Source: Winogradskyella sp. (GTDB lineage: Bacteria > Bacteroidota > Bacteroidia > Flavobacteriales > Flavobacteriaceae). From it: a DNA stretch of 64,000 bases. Position numbers and translations under genes: made by a program. This document shows, piece by piece, positions 57,266 through 64,000 of the stretch. Location of the stretch: assembly GCA_049608525.1 (NCBI GenBank), contig JBMYXP010000001.1:30052-94051 (forward strand), read 5' to 3'. The notes below the pieces were generated by a model. That model worked only from the letters and a program-made list of their open reading frames with translations. It ran no database searches and was not told the origin of the DNA. Every line of letters starts with the position of its first letter. The stretch's first letter is position 1.

Positions 57266-59638
57266 TTAATTGATGTTGTAAACCACAAGTGTGCGCTCGT
57301 CTAATTGCGTAACTAACTCTAATTGGTTAGTTGCGTCTATGTTACATATTTCTGCTGCTGCGGTGCCATAAACAGGAAAATTAGCAATAGGTTTTGCTTG
57401 GCTATCAAATAAATATACTTTTTTGGCTTGCCTATCGGTTGTTGTAACATATATTTTATCATTAAGGTAAAAGATACGAGGCTTGCTGTAATCTCCATAG
57501 TCTAAATCTATTGATCGCGATTTAATTTTGAGTGTGTTTTCTAGCATAGTTACCAAGGTTTTACTTGTAGTTTCTAGGTAATGTTTGTTAGGTAAATTAA
57601 GGGTTTTAGTACTTAGATTTCCTTTAGCATCAACTTGTATAAGTTCGCCAAGTGTATTTGTGGTTGTAAATTTATTTTGATATAAGAATAACGGATTGCC
57701 AGAAAATTTAATTTTATCTTTTAGAGCGATACGTGTTTGCCCTTTTCGGTTGAGTATATGTAGGGTTTCGCCAGCAGTAAAAGCAATATAGTCTTTACTA
57801 CCAATTCTAAAATGTTTGGGTTGTGTGGCTATAACATGCCCATCACTTTTGTAATTAAAACCGTTTACAAGCTTCCCTTTTTTATTATACATTACAAGTG
57901 TGTTATTTTGTGTAATTAATAACCTGTAATTGTGTGTGTTATCATAGTCAAATACAGAAAGTGGTTGTGTAATTTCATCATTAAATTTTATAGGAAAAGG
58001 AGCAATAGCTTTACCACTTCGGTCTAAAACATAAAGCGCATTTGCCGTAGTAAAAGCGAGTTGCAATTCGCCGTTTTTAAACAGGTCTAATTGCTTAACT
58101 GTACCGAGTAGTTTAGATTTTAATTGCTTTTTCCATAAAATAGTACCTGCATTAGAAATAAGATAAAGCACATTATTAACATCTTGCACAACTATATCTC
58201 GTGCTTTTGTAATATGGTTTTTTAGTGTTTGTGGAGGCGCAATAAGGTCTGCATTTAGCTTAATAGCAAAGCGTTCGGTAATGGTGTTTAGTGCTGCTTT
58301 TTTCTTGTATTTTTGAATAGTACCAACAACATGGGCATAATTATTTTCGTAAGTAAACTGTACAGCATTAGCGTTGTAACCTTTTAGGGTTGTGCCTAAA
58401 AGATCGGATAAACCTTCAGAATTTTTATAAATAAAAAGTGAAGCCTCATCGCTAAAATTTTTACTAATGGCTTTATAAGCTTCAGAATTTGCTAACGTGT
58501 TGTTGTTTATAGCGTTGGTAAGTATAGCCTTTAGATGCGCTATAGAATCTGAAAACACTAAAAACTCATTATATACGGCAAAGAATTTGGCATTTTTAAA
58601 AGTTATAAAAGGAAGAAACTGAGTGTCGAAAAAAGTAGGGGCTTCAAACTGAAAAATTTCAACAGTCTTAAATGTTTCTATACGAGTTTTATCTACAATG
58701 GCCTCAATCGCCATATCTGTATCTAAAGCGTGGGCAATTACCGCATTATCTAGCTGTGCAATTTCATTGGTAAAATTTAAAAATGTCTGTGTATTGTCAG
58801 TGTTTTTGTTGTTTAATTGATTTAGATTGGTGTTCAAAACTAAAAAATCATTGTACGTTATACTTTTTAGAGCTGTTGTTGTTTTTGGAGCTATTTTTAC
58901 AGCATTTATTTTTTGAGGCTTAGTGTGTTTAAAAACATCAATGGCGCTTGTAATAGAATCATTAGCAATACTAACACCGTTATAATTAATACTGTTAGTG
59001 GTGTAGCCAATATCTAAGGTGGTATAATTTGAAAAATTAGCTCTTTCCTTAGCACTTGAAAATAATAATTTTGAATAATCTTTATGGTTAGATTTAAAAA
59101 TAATTGAAGCCACAGATTTAGGGTTGGTGGTCGCAATTAAACGTTTTAATTCTGTGTTTTCAGTATTCGAATTTAGAGTTTTTAGAAGTTCTAGGTTATT
59201 TGAAGCAGCAAAAACAGTTCCTATAATTTTATGATAAATAGTTGTGTTTTCTAGTTGTGTTTTATTGATGTTAAAATCGGTTAATCTTTCCGAAATAATA
59301 TTTGGTAAAGAATCTGTAATAAATAGATTTGGATTGTTTTCAGTAAGAATTAAATAATTTGAAGCATTTTCGGATTTTTCAGACAAAGCAATAAAGGTAC
59401 TTTGATTGGTGTTTAAATGTTTTAAGATTTTCGAAGCTTTTTTTAAATCGTCATTATATATTTTTGAAAGTATAGCATGGTTTTTAATACTGCCTACAAA
59501 ATCATTGAGCTCATTTATTTTTAATACAACTTCAGATGCGCTTGGTATTAACTCATTAGAATATTTGGCTTCATTATAGTTGTTTTGGCAGGCCAATAAG
59601 ACGCAAAACAAAAGCTGTAACCGTATTAATTTCTTCAT
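57266..59638 (-). CDS. Hypothetical large lipoprotein (DUF3352-like; beta-propeller-like C-terminus)
   Basis: Lipobox LLAC; repeated Y(L/V)(L/F)D..G units in the C-terminal third. Confidence 0.6.
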   Translation of the reverse strand: MKKLIRLQLLFCVLLACQNNYNEAKYSNELIPSASEVVLKINELNDFVGSIKNHAILSKIYNDDLKKASKILKHLNTNQSTFIALSEKSENASNYLILTENNPNLFITDSLPNIISERLTDFNINKTQLENTTIYHKIIGTVFAASNNLELLKTLNSNTENTELKRLIATTNPKSVASIIFKSNHKDYSKLLFSSAKERANFSNYTTLDIGYTTNSINYNGVSIANDSITSAIDVFKHTKPQKINAVKIAPKTTTALKSITYNDFLVLNTNLNQLNNKNTDNTQTFLNFTNEIAQLDNAVIAHALDTDMAIEAIVDKTRIETFKTVEIFQFEAPTFFDTQFLPFITFKNAKFFAVYNEFLVFSDSIAHLKAILTNAINNNTLANSEAYKAISKNFSDEASLFIYKNSEGLSDLLGTTLKGYNANAVQFTYENNYAHVVGTIQKYKKKAALNTITERFAIKLNADLIAPPQTLKNHITKARDIVVQDVNNVLYLISNAGTILWKKQLKSKLLGTVKQLDLFKNGELQLAFTTANALYVLDRSGKAIAPFPIKFNDEITQPLSVFDYDNTHNYRLLITQNNTLVMYNKKGKLVNGFNYKSDGHVIATQPKHFRIGSKDYIAFTAGETLHILNRKGQTRIALKDKIKFSGNPLFLYQNKFTTTNTLGELIQVDAKGNLSTKTLNLPNKHYLETTSKTLVTMLENTLKIKSRSIDLDYGDYSKPRIFYLNDKIYVTTTDRQAKKVYLFDSQAKPIANFPVYGTAAAEICNIDATNQLELVTQLDERTLVVYNIN

Positions 59639-59675
59639 TATTTTTGTGTTTTATAACATGGTGTTTACAATAAGA

Positions 59676-59712
59676 TTTCCTAATCCCTGTTTCCTAATCC
59701 CTGTTTCCTAAT
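59676..59712. repeat. 14-bp tandem repeat x2.6 over the rnhB stop
   Basis: TTTCCTAATCCCTG TTTCCTAATCCCTG TTTCCTAAT. Confidence 0.85.
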
Positions 59713-60308
59713 TCTAACTCATACTGCTCTGGTAATAATCTAAAGGTTTTTCTGTGGTATTTAGTGATGCCATATTTTCGTATCGCAGCCCTGTGTTCTT
59801 TTGTTGGGTAGCCTTTATTTTGTTTCCAGTTATACATAGGAAATTCGTCATGGATATTCTTCATGTAGTCGTCTCTATACGTTTTGGCTAAGATCGATGC
59901 AGCGGCAATACTTAAGTACAAACTATCACCTTTTATAATGGTAGCATATGGAATAGTTTTGTAGGGCTTAAATTTATTTCCATCTACGAGTATATACTCA
60001 GGTGTGGTTTTTAACAGAGAAATAGAACCGTGCATTGCTTTTATAGAAGCGTTTAAGATATTTATAGAATCAATTTCAGATTCAAAAATATGGTGCACGC
60101 CAAAAGCAATACTTTCCTTTTCAATTAGTGGTTTCAATACAATTCTATTTTTTTCTGAAAGCTGCTTAGAGTCGTTTAATAATGTATTGGTAAACGAAGT
60201 GGGTAAAATAACAGCAGCAGCAGTTACAGGGCCAGCCAAACAGCCTCTGCCAGCTTCATCAGTGCCACATTCTAAACTAAACGTTGAGTATTGAGTTTTA
60301 AGAGCCAA
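59694..60308 (-). CDS. rnhB: Ribonuclease HII
   Basis: [41 protein letters not shown] start; -7 box TAACTTTG at 60325-60332. Confidence 0.95.
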   Translation of the reverse strand: MALKTQYSTFSLECGTDEAGRGCLAGPVTAAAVILPTSFTNTLLNDSKQLSEKNRIVLKPLIEKESIAFGVHHIFESEIDSINILNASIKAMHGSISLLKTTPEYILVDGNKFKPYKTIPYATIIKGDSLYLSIAAASILAKTYRDDYMKNIHDEFPMYNWKQNKGYPTKEHRAAIRKYGITKYHRKTFRLLPEQYELELGNRD

Positions 60309-60520
60309 AATGTTAAAATTTGTACAAAGTTAAAATTTTAACGCAACCCTTTTACAGTTTTTACATCTAAGTAGTGTATTAACAATCTAAATCTAATAAA
60401 AATCTAATATTCTATCTTATGGATTGTGCCTAGAATATTAACATTTTTTTAGTAGAAACACTTGTTTATTTAATATAAAATTAAGATGTTTGCATTTAGA
60501 CTAACTCAAATAATTGTTTT

Positions 60521-63500
60521 ATGAAATTAAAATTAACATGGTTATTAACGCTTTTTATGGCGTTCGTGATGCAATTTTCTTTTGCACAAGAGAAAACTGT
60601 CACAGGTACAGTTACAACAGCTTCAGATGGCTTGCCGTTACCGGGAGCTAATGTAATTGTAAAAGGTACCTCTAGAGGTGCGCAAACAGATTTTGATGGT
60701 AAGTATTCCATTAAGGCAAATACAGGCGATGTTTTAGTGTTTTCTTATATAGGTATGAAAACAACGGAACAAACAGTTGGTGCTAGTAGTTTATTAGATG
60801 TAACTTTTGAAGAAGATAATGCTTTAGATGAGGTTATAGTTATTGGTTATGGCACAACAACAAAGGAAGCTTACACGGGTACAGCGACAAAAATTAGTAC
60901 AGAGAATGTTGCTGCTAAGGCAGTGTCTAACGTTTCGCAAGCGCTTAAAGGTGAGGTTGCAGGTGTTAGCATTATTACTACAAATGGAGCTCCAGGGCAA
61001 GATGCAACTGTTAGAATCCGTGGATTTGGTTCTGTAAACGGAAATAGAAATCCTTTGTATATTGTAGATGGTGCGCCATACTCAAGTGATCTTTCTGCTA
61101 TTAATCCAGCAGATATTGAGTCGATGACAGTATTAAAAGATGCTGCGGCAACTTCTATCTATGGGTCTCGAGGGGCTAATGGTGTAATTGTAATTACAAC
61201 TAAGCAAGGTAAAGTAGGTAGATTTAGAGTTTCAGTAGATTTAAAATCAAGTGTTAATACACTATTTTTACCAACTTATGATTATGTGGAATCTCCAGAG
61301 GAGTACATAGAGATGTCTTGGCGATCGTTAAAAACTAAGGCTGAATTATTAGGGGAGTCAGATCCTGCAGCTTGGGCAAGTGCTAATCTATATGGTACTG
61401 CTGAAGGTATTAGTAATTCTTATAATATTTGGAATGCTAACGGAAATCAATTAATAAACCCAGCAACAGGTAGATTTAACTCTGGTGTTAATCGTAAGTA
61501 CACACCAACTAAATGGTCTGATGAGGCTTTTAATGATGGATCAAGAACAGAAGCTAATTTACAGTTAAGTGCTGGTAATGAGAAAACACGTTTTTCTACA
61601 TCGTTTGGTTATTTAAAGGATAATGGGTATGCTATAAACTCTAGTTATACACGTTATTCTACAAGAATGAACGTAGAGCATAAGCCTTTAGAGTGGTTAA
61701 CAATTGGTAGTAATATCGGTTTTTCTGGGGCTAAATATACACGTTCTTCTGGTAATGAAAATAGTTCTGGTAGTTCTGGTAATGTATTTGCTTTAACGGC
61801 TACAACACCTGCAATTTACGACATCTACTTAAGAGATGCTAATGGCGATTTTATTGCAGACCCTATTTATGGTGGTAACCAATTTGATTATGGTACAGAT
61901 TATGGAAGAAGAGCTTGGAATGCTACTAACGGTATTGGTGATGCTACTTACAATTTAAATAGAACGGATGTAGTTACAATGCTTGGTAATTTTAACTTAG
62001 GTATTGATTTAACGGATTGGTTAAAATTTGAAACTAGATTTAGCGGTCAATTAGATACGTCTAATAGAATATCTGTAGATAACCCGTTTTATGGTAGTGG
62101 TGCTTCTAGTCAAGGTTTTGCCTCTAGAAGAGAGCGTACAAGAATTGATCAAAACTTCTTACAGATGTTAAGATATTCTAACAGCTTTGGGGATCATGGT
62201 TTAGATGCTTTTGTAGCGCACGAGTCAACAGTAGAAAGATATGATTGGTTCTCTGCATCTGCACAAATTGCTATAATACCAATGTCAACAAGTTTAGACC
62301 AATATACAACGGCATTTGGTAAGCCTACTAATTATACTCAGAGATTAAGTATGGATAGTTATTTTGGTCAAATAAACTATAACTACGATACTAAGTATTA
62401 TTTAACAGGTTCACTTAGACGAGATGGTTCTTCTAAGTTTATTAAAGACAAATGGGGTACATTTGGTTCTGTTGGTTTAGGTTGGGTTGTTACTAAAGAA
62501 AATTTCTTGTCAGATACTAATTATTTAGATTACTTAAAACTTAAAGCAAGTTATGGTGTAATAGGTGACCAAGGTGGTAGAGGAGATGTGCTATTCGGTT
62601 ACCAGTACTACAATATCAATACCACAGATACTGGTGAGATATCTTACTCTCCAAACGAAGAGAGTAAAAATGAAGATTTAACTTGGGAGACCTCTTATAT
62701 AACTCAGTTTGGTATGGAGAGTACGTGGTTAAATGGTTATCTAAACTTAGATGTCGATTATTATGTGAAGAAAACTAAAAACTTGTTTTTTGAGCAGGCT
62801 TTGTCTCCTTCTCCAGGAGGATTTCAGTACATTAGATATAATGATGGTGAGTTAACAAATAAAGGTATAGAGTTTGATGCTCAAGTACATGTTATTAAAA
62901 AGCATAAAGATTTTAAATTATCATTTAACGTTAATGGCGAAATTTTTGATAATGAAATTACTAGAATGCCTAATGATTATGCTACTGGTGTAGCAAAGCC
63001 CTTAGACCGTCAAAGAACATCTGGTGGTACTGTAAGTCAGTTATACGCTTTATCTAAAGGATATTCTATATATGATTTTTACATGCGAGATTGGGCTGGT
63101 GTAGATCCTGCAAGTGGTGCAGCATTATGGACAGCGTATTATAATGATGTTGATGGTAATGGTGTGTTTAGCCCTACAGGTGGTGATGAGAGTATTACAA
63201 ATTTAGTGCCTTATCTTAATAATAATCCAAACGCAAACATTCAAAAAACAACAACGTCTTTATATTCTTCTGGTGGTGAAACTGATGTTTTAGGTGCTAC
63301 CGAAGCTTATGTGGGTAAATCTTCAATTCCTAAAATAAGAGGTAGTTTCCGTTTAAATGCAGGATACAAAAACTTCGATTTATCTGCTCAGTTTGGGTAT
63401 AGTATAGGAGGTTATGTTTATGACTCTGGTTATTCTAGATTAATGACTGGTAGTGATTTAATAGGTAATAACAACTGGCATGCAGATATGCATAGTGCAT

Positions 63501-63823
63501 GGACGCAACCTGGAGATATTACAAATGTGCCTAGAAATTCTGCAGCTTTTAATGCAGATACAAGAGCGGGTAGTGTATCATCTCGTTTTTTAACTAAAGC
63601 AGACTATTTATCGTTAAACAATATTAGATTAGGATATAAGTTAGCCGATAGTGTTGTTGAAAATTTAGGACTTACTAACTTTAGTTTATATCTTACAGGT
63701 GATAACTTAATGATGCTTAGTGCTAGAAAAGGGCTTAACCCTTCTACGTTTACAGGGTCTAATAACTCTGGTATATATATGCCAATGACAACATTTAGTC
63801 TTGGTGCAAAAATTGAATTTTAA
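60521..63823 (+). CDS. SusC/RagA family TonB-dependent transporter
   Basis: VIVIGYGT, PLYIVDG, VLKDAAATSIYGSRGANGVIVITTK, RRDGSSKF; terminal Phe. Confidence 0.95.
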   Translation: MKLKLTWLLTLFMAFVMQFSFAQEKTVTGTVTTASDGLPLPGANVIVKGTSRGAQTDFDGKYSIKANTGDVLVFSYIGMKTTEQTVGASSLLDVTFEEDNALDEVIVIGYGTTTKEAYTGTATKISTENVAAKAVSNVSQALKGEVAGVSIITTNGAPGQDATVRIRGFGSVNGNRNPLYIVDGAPYSSDLSAINPADIESMTVLKDAAATSIYGSRGANGVIVITTKQGKVGRFRVSVDLKSSVNTLFLPTYDYVESPEEYIEMSWRSLKTKAELLGESDPAAWASANLYGTAEGISNSYNIWNANGNQLINPATGRFNSGVNRKYTPTKWSDEAFNDGSRTEANLQLSAGNEKTRFSTSFGYLKDNGYAINSSYTRYSTRMNVEHKPLEWLTIGSNIGFSGAKYTRSSGNENSSGSSGNVFALTATTPAIYDIYLRDANGDFIADPIYGGNQFDYGTDYGRRAWNATNGIGDATYNLNRTDVVTMLGNFNLGIDLTDWLKFETRFSGQLDTSNRISVDNPFYGSGASSQGFASRRERTRIDQNFLQMLRYSNSFGDHGLDAFVAHESTVERYDWFSASAQIAIIPMSTSLDQYTTAFGKPTNYTQRLSMDSYFGQINYNYDTKYYLTGSLRRDGSSKFIKDKWGTFGSVGLGWVVTKENFLSDTNYLDYLKLKASYGVIGDQGGRGDVLFGYQYYNINTTDTGEISYSPNEESKNEDLTWETSYITQFGMESTWLNGYLNLDVDYYVKKTKNLFFEQALSPSPGGFQYIRYNDGELTNKGIEFDAQVHVIKKHKDFKLSFNVNGEIFDNEITRMPNDYATGVAKPLDRQRTSGGTVSQLYALSKGYSIYDFYMRDWAGVDPASGAALWTAYYNDVDGNGVFSPTGGDESITNLVPYLNNNPNANIQKTTTSLYSSGGETDVLGATEAYVGKSSIPKIRGSFRLNAGYKNFDLSAQFGYSIGGYVYDSGYSRLMTGSDLIGNNNWHADMHSAWTQPGDITNVPRNSAAFNADTRAGSVSSRFLTKADYLSLNNIRLGYKLADSVVENLGLTNFSLYLTGDNLMMLSARKGLNPSTFTGSNNSGIYMPMTTFSLGAKIEF

Positions 63824-63834
63824 AAGAAAACAAT

Positions 63835-64000
63835 ATGAATAAAAAACTAATTTACTTAACAATGTTATGCTCTATCGTATTTTTAGGGTGTAACGAAGAT
63901 TTCTTAGAAGGTGAAAACACTTCAGTTTTAACTGATGTAGGTATTTCAGATAATTCGGATGCGTACCCTCAGTTAATAGACGGTTCATTAAATGGTATTA
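63835..64000 (+). CDS. SusD/RagB family lipoprotein, 3'-truncated by the window edge
   Basis: MNKKLIYLTMLCSIVFLGCNEDFLE lipobox, 11 nt after the susC stop; open to the end of the window. Confidence 0.75.
   Translation, partial: MNKKLIYLTMLCSIVFLGCNEDFLEGENTSVLTDVGISDNSDAYPQLIDGSLNGI

Noticed and set aside
257-61037. Short antisense or alternate-frame ORFs in the track (e.g. 683-901, 4568-4909, 11628-12869, 30441-30770, 49095-49460, 60004-60294)
   Set aside because: Shadows of well-supported genes, with no recognisable motifs.

Overview
AT-rich chromosomal segment from a member of Bacteroidota, most likely Flavobacteriaceae (gldJ/gldB/gldC, porU/porV, SusC/SusD, GLPGLI proteins, TAnnTTTG promoters). 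Most of it is core gene order. It holds a FIST-kinase-Hpt-LytTR signalling cluster followed by two T9SS-secreted surface proteins; pdhC-pdhA-cdd-porV-porU/gldJ; rsmG, a desaturase and an aminotransferase; a PPTase/thiamine-binding/PnuC/NadR-kinase/DUF4301/arfB cluster; ahcY; two GLPGLI genes plus a beta-barrel; sucB-sucA; a polyprenyl synthase; an AraC-YbcL pair; a TetR-TolC-MFP-RND efflux operon; dNK, csp, AKR, nadE, gldBC, rnhB and susC-susD. I found no rRNA, tRNA, CRISPR array, transposase or prophage. The most unusual signals are non-coding. (1) A four-helix-bundle (23S-IVP/Avd-like) gene sits inside the efflux operon, flanked by 7-bp-period ACTAAnn repeats whose inverted copies could loop the gene out. 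Gene-less heptamer tracts occur elsewhere in the window. (2) A dispersed ERIC-like TACCAA...TTGGTA MITE family has about 9 copies or fragments. (3) DUF4301 shows UDP-sugar-pyrophosphorylase-like motifs next to a NadR kinase that lacks its adenylyltransferase domain. All calls come from manual reading and motif recognition; no searches were run.
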